Assembly: GCA_051294905.1 (NCBI GenBank)
Contig: CM119378.1
Location: forward strand, 1,364,001 to 1,428,000
DNA from: Botryllus schlosseri
Taxonomy: Eukaryota
Reading direction: 5' to 3'
DNA: 64,000 nt
The position numbers and the translations under genes are program-made. The notes below the pieces were generated by a model that was given only the letters and a program-made list of their open reading frames with translations, made no database searches and was not told the origin of the DNA. Numbering within the stretch: the stretch's first letter is position 1; the number at the start of each line of letters is the position of its first letter. Positions 63,700 to 64,000 of the stretch are shown here, one piece after another.

Positions 63700-64000
63700 A
63701 AAAGAACATTGCATCCCAATAATAATCGCATCACCAAATATAACATCACAGGCAATTGAATAAATCAATTTTTGATGGAATATGTGTGTTTCCCAAAAAT
63801 CAATGTTTCCTAGTAGACATTTTAAAAAAGTACTTTGTATATCAACACCCTGAGCCATCTGTTTTCCTTGATTGTTCATATTCTTTCGTATGCCTGTAAC
63901 GTCATATTTGGCGATACGATTGTTGATATACAATGCTCTTTCCTAGTGTTCTCTACTAGTTTCTGACGATTACCCCTGACGAGCGTCAGCCGAAAATATT
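63700..64000. repeat. Imperfect inverted repeat / dispersed element fragment
   Basis: 63717-63754 pairs with 63892-63926. The distal part (GATTGTTGATATACAA...GTCAGCCGAAAATATT) recurs at ~50690-50770, 52770-52870 and 60600. Confidence 0.55.

Overview
Eukaryotic, AT-rich, intron-dense animal DNA. It is most consistent with an invertebrate chordate such as an ascidian, inferred from a chordate-type nesprin and many 55-100 nt introns; the species cannot be fixed from this window. The genes, in order, are: (1) receptor A (+, 206-6913), a type I membrane protein with a Cys-rich CUB domain, a mucin-like stalk built from tandemly duplicated exons, a TM helix and a short Pro/Tyr-motif tail; (2) a RING/NHL (TRIM-NHL-like) gene (-, 15371-9143) whose central exons cannot be found; (3) receptor B (+, 22931-29518), a paralog of A; (4) the 3' part of a nesprin-1/SYNE1 ortholog (-, >63590-31226) with LEWD and KASH motifs and a lineage-specific 477-codon exon. 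Introns and intergenic DNA are full of hAT-type MITEs (several with 8-bp TSDs), a tRNA-derived SINE, a 5'-truncated CR1/L2-type LINE with many short 3'-end copies, and tandem repeats. The best candidate for an undescribed system is the tandem CUB-mucin-Tyr-tail receptor family. It shows variable stalk exon number, a hypervariable CUB loop, stop-containing stalk exons (possible soluble forms) and, in both paralogs, an in-frame reading frame past the stop codon that carries an ITIM-like motif. All exon models were built by hand from GT-AG sites and phase; none is backed by transcript data.
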